Origin: an uncultured bacterium
Lineage (GTDB): Bacteria > Patescibacteriota > Patescibacteriia > UBA9570 > XYC2-FULL-38-9
Direction of reading: 5' to 3'
DNA length: 64,000 bases
Assembly: GCA_937996685.1 (NCBI GenBank)
Contig: CALKUP010000016.1
Coordinates: 85,879 to 149,878, forward strand
Part shown: in pieces, positions 27,810-37,366 of the stretch
How positions within the stretch are numbered: the stretch's first letter is position 1
Layout: each line of letters opens with the position of its first letter
The notes under the pieces: model-generated
The model's input: the letters and a program-made list of their open reading frames with translations, nothing else
The model's database searches: none
What the model was told of the DNA's origin: nothing
Position numbers and translations under genes: made by a program

Positions 27810-29321
27810 ATGAGTAATACACAATACGAAGCAATTATTGGTTTAGAAATTCACATTCGTCTGGACTCCAAGACAAAGATGTATTGTGGTACGGAAAATG
27901 CAGAATCAGAAGAACCAAATGTATACACCTGTCCGATTTGCGTCGGGCACCCAGGAACGCTTCCGCAATTAAATGAAGAAGCAGTGCGACTTGGAACCAT
28001 TCTTGCACTCGCAGTTGGAGCGGACGTGAAAGAATACATGAAGTTTGATCGAAAGAATTATTTTTATCCAGACCTTCCAAAGGGATATCAAATTTCACAA
28101 CATGAACAACCGCTTGCATTTGGTGGTGGAATTATGATTCAAAGTGAAACAGGAGAGTTGAAAGCAGTTGGCATTGAACGGCTGCATTTAGAAGAAGACA
28201 CCGCAAAGTTAAAACATCTTTCTGATGGAACGACTTTGGCGGATTTTAATCGTGCTGGTAGTCCGTTGCTGGAATTGGTGAGTCGTCCTGATATGCGAAC
28301 ACCAGAAGAGGCAAAATCATTTGTTCAAGAGTTGCAACAGTTGTGTCGATATATCGGCGTGTCACGTGCGGATCTTGAAAAAGGTCACATGCGCTGTGAT
28401 GTCAATGTGTCTATTCGTCCAGTGGGAGATACGGCGCTGTACCCAAAAACAGAAGTGAAAAATATTAATTCGTTTCGCTCAATTGAGCGCGCCGTTCGGT
28501 TTGAAATCGAGCGCCAAACAGCGTTGTGGAACGAAAACGCCGCTCCAGAATTCACAACCACTCGTGGATGGAATGACGCGACAAACGAAACCGTATTGCA
28601 ACGTGTGAAAGAAACGCAAGCAGATTATCGGTTTTTTCCAGAGCCAGATTTACCGCCAGTTGTTCGAACGCGTGAAGAAATTGAAGCCTTACGTGCGCAT
28701 ATGCCGGAATTACCTGCAGCGCGCCGTGATCGCTTGCGTGCAGAATATGAATTGTCATTCGATGATGCTGATCTGTTGATCCGTGATCCGCAGATTGCTG
28801 AATTTTTCGAAGATGTGATATCCGAAATTCGTGGTTGGTTGAATTCGATGGATGAGACAACTCCAGTAGAAAATCGTTGGCATGTGCATGGGCAAAAAGT
28901 TGCTCGACAAACAGTTAATTGGATTCATTCAGAAGTGATGAAATTATTGAATGCGCGCCAAAAAGATTTTGCGGATATTCCATGGACCCCAGAAAATTTT
29001 GCTGAACTCATGGTGTTGTTGTATGAGAACAAAATGAACTCATCGGCAGGACAAAAAGTGTTGGCATACATGTTCGAGCACGGAGGAGACCCAACCGTTA
29101 TTATGAAAGAGCATGATTTAGAGCAAGTGTCAGACACTGCTTCTATTGAAGTCATTGTGGATACAATTTTAATGAATAATCCACAATCTATTGAGGATTA
29201 TCGAGCCGGCAAAGATCGCGCTCTGCAGTTCTTGGTTGGTCAAGTAATGAAAGAAACAAAAGGAAAAGTAAATCCACAGATGGCAATGGAATTGCTACAA
29301 GATAAAATGAATAACGCATAA
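27810..29321 (+). CDS. gatB: Asp-tRNA(Asn)/Glu-tRNA(Gln) amidotransferase subunit B
   Basis: N-terminal YEAIIGLEIHIRL and a GatB/YqeY C-terminal domain. Start chosen at the ATG at 27810 (MSNTQYEAIIGLEIH) rather than the track start at 27765, which would overlap dut. Confidence 0.9.
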   Translation: MSNTQYEAIIGLEIHIRLDSKTKMYCGTENAESEEPNVYTCPICVGHPGTLPQLNEEAVRLGTILALAVGADVKEYMKFDRKNYFYPDLPKGYQISQHEQPLAFGGGIMIQSETGELKAVGIERLHLEEDTAKLKHLSDGTTLADFNRAGSPLLELVSRPDMRTPEEAKSFVQELQQLCRYIGVSRADLEKGHMRCDVNVSIRPVGDTALYPKTEVKNINSFRSIERAVRFEIERQTALWNENAAPEFTTTRGWNDATNETVLQRVKETQADYRFFPEPDLPPVVRTREEIEALRAHMPELPAARRDRLRAEYELSFDDADLLIRDPQIAEFFEDVISEIRGWLNSMDETTPVENRWHVHGQKVARQTVNWIHSEVMKLLNARQKDFADIPWTPENFAELMVLLYENKMNSSAGQKVLAYMFEHGGDPTVIMKEHDLEQVSDTASIEVIVDTILMNNPQSIEDYRAGKDRALQFLVGQVMKETKGKVNPQMAMELLQDKMNNA

Positions 29322-29325
29322 TTCT

Positions 29326-31353
29326 ATGAATGCTCTGATTCGCCGCGCCATTATTGCACTCTGTGCTGTAAGTATTTTTGTATTACCAACTACGGCTCAA
29401 GCAGAGGTGATTCGAAATTTCGATACTACTATTCTTCTGACAGAAAATAACCAAGCGATTATCAGAGAGCATATTCAGTATGATTTTGAAGGTGTGACAG
29501 ATCGGCATGGTATTTATCGCGACATTCCGCGGATGTATAGCACAACTGGTCTATGTGATGATGCTGCAGTCGTTAACGGAGAAGAGTGCCGCGTTGATGT
29601 GTTGCATGACATACGGATTCTGTCTGTCGAAAGTACAGACGGCGTTGAACAACCGTTTTCATTAGATGACAGCACGAGTGAGACAGTTCGTATTAAAATT
29701 GGAGACCCTGATGTGACAGTTTCCGGAGTGAAAGACTATGTGATTGCGTATACATTCGCTGTCCCGGTTGTTCAAGATACTGCGACCGGAGCACCATTTT
29801 TTGCATGGAATGTCACTGGAAATAACTGGGAGGTTCCAATTGACAAAGCTTCTGTAAATGTGGCGCTGCCTCGGGCTGGGGTGGTCACAAGTCAAGTGTG
29901 CTACACCGGCCTTGAGGGCTCAAAAGAGATGGATTGTGTGAATCAGCAGACTGAAAAAGGCTTTTTCAGTACGACAAATAATCCATTTCCGGTTGGAGGT
30001 GGTTTAACAGTGAGCGCCGCTTTGCAAGACGGGGTGATAGCGCCTGGCGCGCTGCTTGATACACGAATTGATAGAACGTCGTGTTTTTTGTGGGATTGTG
30101 ATTTTGCGCCTGAATTAACTATTCAGCCGGGATCTGGCAAAGGTGCGCCGGATCCAATTATTGTTCAAACGACCGGGGATAGCATTGTCGCTTTGCCTGC
30201 TGGCTTGTATCACCTGACAGCAAAAGAATATGGCTATGAGTCAGTAAAGGACGTTTCTCGCACACTTGATCCTGGTCAACGGTTTGTCTGGAATGTGCAG
30301 TTCAAAAAATCACCGCTGTGGGTATTTCTTGCTCTATATCTACCATTGATTGCAACTGTTTTATATCTGGTCTTTGTTCTGTTTTTATGGCGACGGTATG
30401 GTCGCGATCCTCGTTTATCACACATTGTTGTGACAGAATTTACGCCTCCAAAAGATCTCACGCCAATTGAGGCAGGTTTTGTGATAAAAAGCATGGTGCA
30501 GAATATCCATATCAGCGCGCAAATTATCGACCTCGCAATTCGTGGCTATCTCGTGATTGAGCAGACGGAACAGAAAGGTGTCATGAAATACATGATGGCC
30601 GGGAAATATGATTATGCCTATACAGCAAATGTCGAGCAGATCACAACTGACTGGAATACAACAAAACTGACTGATGCGGAGCGGAGTATATTGACTGGTA
30701 TTTTTGGTGTCAACGGCGTTGAATATCCGCATGTCACATTTTTAGATGTCAAAAAAACCTTCCATATACAGACTGCGGCTATTCATAAGGCTGTTGCTCG
30801 TAGTATCTTGGAAAAAGAATTGATCAGCCGCTCACCGAAATTGTTGATTGGACTCTGCGCTGTTTTAGCGTTTGCATGGATTGCATTTTCGATTGGAGGA
30901 GTCGGGGTCTTTGATTCACTGTTGTTTGCCGTTCTTGGCATTCCTGCTGGTGTTGTTGGATTTGTCATGGCGTTATTGATGGGTCAACGAACAGTAAAGG
31001 GGACAAAAATGTTGCGGTATTTACAAGGGTATAAAAAATACCTCATGGTTGCAGAAAAAGATCGCATTGCATTTTTTAATGACCCAAAAGAATATCAAAG
31101 AGTGTTTGAGGAAGTGCTTCCGTATGCGATGATTCTTGGTGTTGAACAGCAGTGGTGTGCACAATTTGAAGGGTTGATTACGCAGCCGCCAAGCTGGTAT
31201 CACGGCAATATGACCAATGGGTTTTTGATTGGGTCACTTGCAAACGACCTGAGTTCATTGAGTAGTGCAATGAGCGCGTCAGCTTCGGCTCCAAGTTCTA
31301 GCGGCGGCGGATCCGGCGGGGGATTTGGTGGCGGCGGCGGAGGAAGTTGGTAG
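29326..31353 (+). CDS. DUF2207 family membrane protein (N-terminal signal, extracytoplasmic domain, TM cluster, C-terminal Gly-rich tail)
   Basis: Signal peptide MNALIRRAIIALCAVSIFVLPTTAQA, a central TM region, and a C-terminus ending SSGGGSGGGFGGGGGGSW. This is the typical DUF2207 architecture. Confidence 0.65.
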   Translation: MNALIRRAIIALCAVSIFVLPTTAQAEVIRNFDTTILLTENNQAIIREHIQYDFEGVTDRHGIYRDIPRMYSTTGLCDDAAVVNGEECRVDVLHDIRILSVESTDGVEQPFSLDDSTSETVRIKIGDPDVTVSGVKDYVIAYTFAVPVVQDTATGAPFFAWNVTGNNWEVPIDKASVNVALPRAGVVTSQVCYTGLEGSKEMDCVNQQTEKGFFSTTNNPFPVGGGLTVSAALQDGVIAPGALLDTRIDRTSCFLWDCDFAPELTIQPGSGKGAPDPIIVQTTGDSIVALPAGLYHLTAKEYGYESVKDVSRTLDPGQRFVWNVQFKKSPLWVFLALYLPLIATVLYLVFVLFLWRRYGRDPRLSHIVVTEFTPPKDLTPIEAGFVIKSMVQNIHISAQIIDLAIRGYLVIEQTEQKGVMKYMMAGKYDYAYTANVEQITTDWNTTKLTDAERSILTGIFGVNGVEYPHVTFLDVKKTFHIQTAAIHKAVARSILEKELISRSPKLLIGLCAVLAFAWIAFSIGGVGVFDSLLFAVLGIPAGVVGFVMALLMGQRTVKGTKMLRYLQGYKKYLMVAEKDRIAFFNDPKEYQRVFEEVLPYAMILGVEQQWCAQFEGLITQPPSWYHGNMTNGFLIGSLANDLSSLSSAMSASASAPSSSGGGSGGGFGGGGGGSW

Positions 31354-31415
31354 GCTTTTTTAGCGCTGATCCGTATCTCCTATGCAGGGTAGGTGATGTT
31401 TGGTATACTTCATAT

Positions 31416-32171
31416 ATGACAGGCATTGATTTACTTTTACCCGCATTTATCGCTGGTTTTCTGACATTTTTTGCGCCATGTACACTGCCGCTGGTTCCGA
31501 GTTTTTTGGCATTTTTGATTGGCGGAACAACAGCGACAGGGCAATCACAAAAACGCTATCAACTGATTGTCCAAACATTGTGGTATATTCTTGGTTTTTC
31601 CACTGTGTTTATTATTTTTGGCGCCTTCTTTGGTTTTATCGGCTCGCACATTGTGATGTATCGCGGCTTGCTGACACGTCTTGGTGGTGTGTGCATCGTG
31701 CTTCTTGGGTTGTTTTTGGTGATGAGTAATGTGCAGCCACAGTGGCTTGCTGTATTACAAAAAGACTATCGATTCAGGCTTCCGAGGCAGCTTCATCCTG
31801 GAACACCATTGGCAGCTGTTGTGTTCGGTGCCATTTTTGCATTTGGTTGGACTCCGTGTATTGGTCCAATTCTTGCAACAATATTGTTTTTTGCAAGCAC
31901 AACTGGGACGGTACTTTCTGGAATTACATTGCTCGCCGTATTTTCTGCCGGACTCGCGGTTCCGTTTTTGTTGAGTGCCGTCGGTGTGGAATTTTTACAG
32001 CAGTTTTTAAAAAAATATTCAACGCTCTTGCGTTGGATTCAGTTATTTTCCGGCGTCATTTTGCTGCTGATTGGCATTCTGTTATTGTGTAATCAGTTAG
32101 ATGAATGGGCGCGACTATTTTATCTCGTGTTTCCGTTTTTGAGACTGCCACAAATTGATCAATTTTTTTAA
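31416..32171 (+). CDS. ccdA: Cytochrome c biogenesis / thiol-disulfide transporter CcdA (DsbD transmembrane-domain family)
   Basis: Two conserved Cys in TM helices 1 and 4 (FFAPCTLPLVPSF; GWTPCIGPILATI). About 6 TM. Start taken at the ATG at 31416 (MTGIDLL). Confidence 0.75.
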   Translation: MTGIDLLLPAFIAGFLTFFAPCTLPLVPSFLAFLIGGTTATGQSQKRYQLIVQTLWYILGFSTVFIIFGAFFGFIGSHIVMYRGLLTRLGGVCIVLLGLFLVMSNVQPQWLAVLQKDYRFRLPRQLHPGTPLAAVVFGAIFAFGWTPCIGPILATILFFASTTGTVLSGITLLAVFSAGLAVPFLLSAVGVEFLQQFLKKYSTLLRWIQLFSGVILLLIGILLLCNQLDEWARLFYLVFPFLRLPQIDQFF

Positions 32172-32176
32172 ACCGT

Positions 32177-33631
32177 ATGCGTAAGAAAATTTTACCAACT
32201 ATCCCACAAACCCCAACGGTCATTATTTTATTTGGTATTACAGGTGACCTCGTTCGTCAAAAAATTCTCACTGGATTATTCCAATTGTACACAGACAATT
32301 TGCTTCCAGTGCAATGGAGTGTGATTGGTATTGGTCGACGTGATTTTTCAGATGCAGATTTACGGGAGTATTTGCAGACGGTTTTTACAGAGAAGCAGAT
32401 CACTGATGATCGAATTGCTGATTTTTTGCGTCGTTTTTATTATGAGTCAGGTGATTTTGATGATGCGGCATTATATACCTCGCTTGGTGAGCGCCTCGGG
32501 TTATTTGATGGGGAATGGAAGGCGTGTGCAAACAAACTGTTTTATCTCTCAATTCCACCGCATTTAAATCAATCAGTCATTACACATCTTGATCAATCAA
32601 AGCTCACTGAAGGCTGTAGTGATGAAGAGGGGTGGACGCGGGTTATTTTAGAAAAGCCATTTGGAAACGACTTGAAAGAAGCGCTGGCGTTAGATCGTCA
32701 ATTGTCTGAACTCTTTGATGAAACCCAGGTCTATCGGGTGGATCACTATCTTGCAAAAGAGACCGTTCGGAATATCATTGCCTTGCGATTTAGTAATCAA
32801 ATTTTGTTGCCAGCCTTTACCAATCAGTCCATTGAACATATCGCAGTGCGGATGAGTGAAAAAATTCGAGCTGATAATCGTGGCGATTTATATGACCGTG
32901 TCGGTGCATTGCGCGATGTCGGTCAAAATCATTTGTTGCAGTTGTTGGCCTTATTTACAATGGATAATCCCGGGAGTTTTGAAGCTGAAAGCATTCGTCG
33001 CGAACGTTCAAAGGCATTGTCTCGGATTCATGTACTTACCGAAGAAGAGATTCAGAATCAGACAGTGCGCGCGCAATACAAAGGCTACACGCGTACATTC
33101 GGTGTTGATGACTATTCACAAACCGAAACGTATTTTCGTATTGAATCCTATATTGAAAGCGGAACATTTGCTGGAGTGCCAGTGAGCATTGAAGCCGGCA
33201 AAGCATTACAAGATGCATTGGTTGAGGTGGAGATTACGTTCAAACATCAGGAGCCGTGTTTGTGTAGCCCGGAAAAACATGAACAAAATGTGTTGCGATA
33301 TTCAATTCAGCCGGATGAAAAAATGACAATTAATTTGCTGATGAAGGTTCCGGGGCATAAATATGAATTGCAAAGCCAGGAATTTGTATTGAACTACCAT
33401 GACAACTCACTGGACAATCAATACATTGATCCGTACGCACTAGTGTTCTTGGATATTATTAAAGGCGATCAATCATTGTTCGTTTCAACAGATGAAGTGG
33501 TTTCCCAGTGGGGATTTGTTGAGCCGATTGTGAGCGCGTGGGAGGCTGGAAAACCAGACCTTGCTTCCTACGAGCCAGGGACAGCGCTCTCGTATATGCA
33601 AGCTTCATTGCCACTACAAAATAACGTATAA
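32177..33631 (+). CDS. zwf: Glucose-6-phosphate 1-dehydrogenase
   Basis: NADP-binding ILFGITGDLVRQK, active site RVDHYLAKE, and EKPFGNDL motifs. Confidence 0.92.
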   Translation: MRKKILPTIPQTPTVIILFGITGDLVRQKILTGLFQLYTDNLLPVQWSVIGIGRRDFSDADLREYLQTVFTEKQITDDRIADFLRRFYYESGDFDDAALYTSLGERLGLFDGEWKACANKLFYLSIPPHLNQSVITHLDQSKLTEGCSDEEGWTRVILEKPFGNDLKEALALDRQLSELFDETQVYRVDHYLAKETVRNIIALRFSNQILLPAFTNQSIEHIAVRMSEKIRADNRGDLYDRVGALRDVGQNHLLQLLALFTMDNPGSFEAESIRRERSKALSRIHVLTEEEIQNQTVRAQYKGYTRTFGVDDYSQTETYFRIESYIESGTFAGVPVSIEAGKALQDALVEVEITFKHQEPCLCSPEKHEQNVLRYSIQPDEKMTINLLMKVPGHKYELQSQEFVLNYHDNSLDNQYIDPYALVFLDIIKGDQSLFVSTDEVVSQWGFVEPIVSAWEAGKPDLASYEPGTALSYMQASLPLQNNV

Positions 33632-33660
33632 TAACTATATTGAATTAATAATCGGATTTT

Positions 33661-34611
33661 ATGGATAAACGCATTGCAATCATCGGGCTTGGAAAAATGG
33701 GCAAAGGACTAGCTCGTCAGTTGTTAGAAAAAGGCTGGGAAGTTCACGGCATGAATCGCTCACAAGATATTGTCGAAGAGCTCGCTTCCGAAGGAATGAA
33801 AAAATTGCACTCTCTTGAAGATATTGCGCAGATCCCAACACCGCGCGTTGTGTGGTTGATGTTGCCAGCAAAAGGTGGCGTGATCGACGAACAGTTATTT
33901 GGCAATGAAGCATCTGGAACAACAGGACTTGCGCAGATTTTGGAATCTGGAGATATGATTATTGATGGAGGAAATTCAAACTTCAAAGAAACAATTGAAC
34001 GTGGTAAAAAACTCGCTGAAATCAATCCGGAAATTGGTTTTATGGATGTTGGTGTGAGTGGGGGCCCCGAGGGGGCGCGCAATGGAGCGTGTTGCATGAT
34101 TGGTGGTAGCGATGAGGCATTTGCGTATTGCAAGGATGTGTTTGAAGCGATTTCGTTGCCTGGTGGTTTTTCCCACTTCACTGGCATTGGCGCAGGACAT
34201 TTTGTGAAGATGGTTCATAACGGCATTGAATATGGAATGATGCAAGCAATTGGTGAAGGATTTGGAGTGATGAAAGATACGCCGTATTATTCATTGGACT
34301 TGAAAGAAGTTGCTCGGATTTATCAACATGGAAGTGTTATCGAATCGCGTCTTGTTGGTTGGATGGGGCAAGCATTTGAAGATTGGGGAGTTGATCTCGC
34401 GACGATTTCCGGTGAAGTTGCGGCAAGTGGAGAGGGTGAATGGACAGTGGATACTGCGAAGGAAATGGGGCTTGAGATTCCGGTTATTGAAGAGTCATTG
34501 CGTTTTCGCGAGCGTTCACAAGGCAATCCAAGTTATATTGGAAAAGCTGTGTCAGCACAGCGTGGGCAATTTGGTGGTCATCCTGTCTTTATTGATCCGC
34601 CATCACAATAG
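33661..34611 (+). CDS. gnd: 6-phosphogluconate dehydrogenase (decarboxylating), short YqeC/GndA-like form
   Basis: N-terminal Rossmann AIIGLGKMGKGLARQL. About 316 aa, lacking the long C-terminal tail of canonical Gnd. Adjacent to zwf. Confidence 0.8.
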   Translation: MDKRIAIIGLGKMGKGLARQLLEKGWEVHGMNRSQDIVEELASEGMKKLHSLEDIAQIPTPRVVWLMLPAKGGVIDEQLFGNEASGTTGLAQILESGDMIIDGGNSNFKETIERGKKLAEINPEIGFMDVGVSGGPEGARNGACCMIGGSDEAFAYCKDVFEAISLPGGFSHFTGIGAGHFVKMVHNGIEYGMMQAIGEGFGVMKDTPYYSLDLKEVARIYQHGSVIESRLVGWMGQAFEDWGVDLATISGEVAASGEGEWTVDTAKEMGLEIPVIEESLRFRERSQGNPSYIGKAVSAQRGQFGGHPVFIDPPSQ

Positions 34612-34616
34612 TTTTT

Positions 34617-35258
34617 ATGGAAGCACGCATTGAGTATTCAACAATTCATGACATTTCCATGGCCTTAAAAAAGGATATGGTCGTCTATCCAAATAATCCC
34701 TCATTTGGGGCTTCAAAAGTCCGAGGCAGTAGTTCGTTGTTACACAAAATTTCAATGGGCACTCATTCTGGCACACACGTTGATGCGCCAAATCATGTTT
34801 TGCCAAGTGCGCGAGGCATTGATTTTTTTCCATTGTCTGATTTTATTGGACAGTGTCGGGTGATTGATATGACTGACATTGAAAGTGTCATTACAGCTGC
34901 CGATCTACAAGATGTTACGATTGAAAAAGGGGATCGCATCTTGTTTAAAACTAAAAATTCAGATGTTGATATCAATGAAGCGGTTGATTTTCACGATGAT
35001 TTTGTGGCGCTCGCTGGAGACGCTGCGGAGTTTTTGGCAGAAAAAGAAGTGGCGCTTGTTGGTGTTGACTACCTGTCAATTAAAAAACGAGGAGCTGAGG
35101 ATAACACGGCGCATACGGCGCTGCTGACGCACGGCATTCCAATTGTTGAAGGTTTGCGTTTGTATGAGATACGACCAGGCTCATATCAATTGGTTTTATT
35201 GCCTCTGGCTGTTGGAGATTTGGACGGCGGCCCATGTCGTGCTATTTTGCTTTCATAA
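34617..35258 (+). CDS. Cyclase-family metal-dependent hydrolase (kynurenine formamidase/arylformamidase-like fold)
   Basis: HSGTHVDAPNH motif (HxGTHxDxPxH) characteristic of the putative cyclase family. 213 aa. Confidence 0.7.
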   Translation: MEARIEYSTIHDISMALKKDMVVYPNNPSFGASKVRGSSSLLHKISMGTHSGTHVDAPNHVLPSARGIDFFPLSDFIGQCRVIDMTDIESVITAADLQDVTIEKGDRILFKTKNSDVDINEAVDFHDDFVALAGDAAEFLAEKEVALVGVDYLSIKKRGAEDNTAHTALLTHGIPIVEGLRLYEIRPGSYQLVLLPLAVGDLDGGPCRAILLS

Positions 35259-35276
35259 TTATTATCTGTATTTTGT

Positions 35277-36152
35277 ATGACAACACAATTTTTTCTTGAT
35301 TCAGGTGATCCAAAAGAGACAACAAAAGCCATCACGTTGCTTGGGGCATTGCATGGTCAAACCACAAACCCAAGTTTAGTGGCCAAGCATCCTGAAGTTG
35401 CGGCACGTCTTGCTGCGGGAAATTTATTTGCAACTGATGAGCTTCTTGGGTTGTATAAAACAGCAGTGCAAGAAATGAGCGAGTTGTTGCCAAATGGTTC
35501 AATCTCAATTGAAGTGTATGCTGATGAATATACTTCAGCAGAAGATATGTTTACGCAAGCAGAGCAAATGAATGCGTGGATTCCAAATGCGCACATTAAA
35601 TTGCCAATTACTGCCGAAGCATTGAAGACGGCGCGAATGTGTATTGATGCTGGAATGAAACTCAATATGACGCTGTGCTTCACGCAAGAGCAAGCGGCAG
35701 CGGTCTACGCAGCAACGCGTGGCGCAAAACCTGGTGATGTATTTGTATCTCCGTTTATTGGACGCCTTGATGATCGCGGAGAGCGGGGAATTGATATCAT
35801 TGCAAACATTGTGCGAATGTTTGAGGGTTCTGACGGGCACGTCCAAGTGCTTGCCGCTAGTGCACGCAATGCGAGTCATATTGCAAGCGCAATGGCCGTA
35901 AAAGCCGATATTGTGACTGCGCCGCTGGCTGCTTGGCAAGAGTGGGAAGCAGCTGGCAGTAGCGCGCTGTATACAGCTGAATTATTTGCAGATTTAACAG
36001 AAATTCCGTATAAAAACGTCGATCTTGAGGCTGCTTTTTCGGATTATGACATTACGCATGATTTAACAACTATTGGTATTGAACGATTCGCAAATGACTG
36101 GAATGCGCTCATTCATCCAGAAGAAGCGCCACAAAAAGACAATATTTCTTAG
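35277..36152 (+). CDS. tal: Transaldolase
   Basis: N-terminal FFLDSGDPKE, Schiff-base region (HIKLPIT), and VSPFIGRLDD. 291 aa. Confidence 0.85.
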   Translation: MTTQFFLDSGDPKETTKAITLLGALHGQTTNPSLVAKHPEVAARLAAGNLFATDELLGLYKTAVQEMSELLPNGSISIEVYADEYTSAEDMFTQAEQMNAWIPNAHIKLPITAEALKTARMCIDAGMKLNMTLCFTQEQAAAVYAATRGAKPGDVFVSPFIGRLDDRGERGIDIIANIVRMFEGSDGHVQVLAASARNASHIASAMAVKADIVTAPLAAWQEWEAAGSSALYTAELFADLTEIPYKNVDLEAAFSDYDITHDLTTIGIERFANDWNALIHPEEAPQKDNIS

Positions 36153-36178
36153 TAATATTAGGAATTTTTTAGCCATAT

Positions 36179-36200
36179 AATACCTCGCTTATGCGGGGTA
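36179..36200 (+). terminator. Possible terminator hairpin after tal (9-bp stem with one G-U pair, tetraloop TTAT). The T-run is displaced 5 nt.
   Basis: ATACCTCGC-ttat-GCGGGGTAT, followed by TGACATTTTT. Confidence 0.3.
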
Positions 36201-36228
36201 TTGACATTTTTGGTTATTTATGGTATGT
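36200..36228 (+). promoter_or_regulatory. Putative sigma70 promoter (TTGACA-N17-TATGTT) upstream of the Wzz-like gene, overlapping the preceding hairpin
   Basis: ttgaca at 36200-36205, a 17-nt spacer, then tatgtt at 36223-36228. Confidence 0.4.
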
Positions 36229-36294
36229 TTCTTTGTTCGCGAAATGTGGGAGAATATTCCACTGATTTGATCGCTGAACGACACGCCATATTTT

Positions 36295-37356
36295 ATGACA
36301 CATTCTACACAATCCCACCAACAAACAAACGGACTCTTGAGTGTCGTGCGTTTAGTTTCTCAATATCGTTGGTTTGTACTGATTATGACAGTACTGACAA
36401 CAGCGTCATTTTACGGCTTAAATGTTGCCTTTAATGATTTTGAATATCGCTCTGACGCGCAAGTCATGGTGATTCAGTATTCTGATGCTGCCTCTGTTGA
36501 TGGTGAAAAAATGCAGCGCTCGACTGAGAATATTAGTCGTAATTTGGTGAAAGTCGTTGACACAACATCTTTTATGGATAAGGCGCTGGCAAATCCGGTG
36601 GTTCCTGCAAACTTGATTACTGGGGCGACAGAAAAAGAAAAAAAGAAATCATGGAGTGAAACAGTGTCAGCTTCGACAGTGCCAAATTCATCGATTATTC
36701 AAGTGAGTGTGTATGACACTGATCCGCAGGCAGCGGCGATTCTCGCGCAGGTAGTTGCTGATACATTGATTGCAAATGCAGCAGATTATCATGGTGCGGT
36801 AAAATCTGCGATTGAATTAAAGCAAATTGATAAAGTATCAACGTCTGATAAGCCAGTGCGTCCGAATATTCCAATGGTGACATTTGCCGGCTTTGTTGTT
36901 GGATTGCTTGGGAGTATTACATATCTCTTTTTAGTGAAAGAGTGGAGATTGGTTTCGGTATTAAGCGCTCAATGGAAAGAGGCTCGTGCAGAGCAGATTG
37001 TTCACATGACAACAGAATCTGTGACTGCTGTGCATGCAGCTCCAGTGCAAGAAGAAGTTTCTGTCGCGCAGCCAGAAGCAACGCCAGTTGCGCCAGCGGT
37101 AACGCCGGTTAACGAGGCGGCTGCAGCTGATGTGCCAAAGGTGCCGTTTGTTCAAGAAGTCATTGCAGATATTCCAGAGGTGATTGAAAAAATCGAAACA
37201 GCAGTCGTTGAAGATATGGAGCAGGCTGAAGCTGTTATTCAGGCAGCGGAATACGCAGTGTTTGATGTTGCGAATTGGGGCCAGGTGATTGCGCGCAATA
37301 TTTTGCCAATGCAACAAAATCCACAAGTCGTGACTCTTTCAGGTCCTATTGCATAA
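36295..37356 (+). CDS. Polysaccharide co-polymerase (Wzz/chain-length-determinant)-like protein with an acidic, Ala/Val/Glu-rich C-terminal extension
   Basis: N-terminal TM (YRWFVLIMTVLTTASFYGL), an extracytoplasmic domain, a second TM (VTFAGFVVGLLGSITYLFLV), then a low-complexity tail (AVHAAPVQEEVSVAQPEATPVAPAVTPV...). Confidence 0.5.
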   Translation: MTHSTQSHQQTNGLLSVVRLVSQYRWFVLIMTVLTTASFYGLNVAFNDFEYRSDAQVMVIQYSDAASVDGEKMQRSTENISRNLVKVVDTTSFMDKALANPVVPANLITGATEKEKKKSWSETVSASTVPNSSIIQVSVYDTDPQAAAILAQVVADTLIANAADYHGAVKSAIELKQIDKVSTSDKPVRPNIPMVTFAGFVVGLLGSITYLFLVKEWRLVSVLSAQWKEARAEQIVHMTTESVTAVHAAPVQEEVSVAQPEATPVAPAVTPVNEAAAADVPKVPFVQEVIADIPEVIEKIETAVVEDMEQAEAVIQAAEYAVFDVANWGQVIARNILPMQQNPQVVTLSGPIA

Positions 37357-37366
37357 ATAGACCGTG

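Noticed and set aside
36201-36434. 77-aa ORF overlapping the promoter region and the start of the Wzz-like gene
   Set aside because: Out of frame with the better-supported 353-aa ORF. It begins inside the predicted -35/-10 elements.
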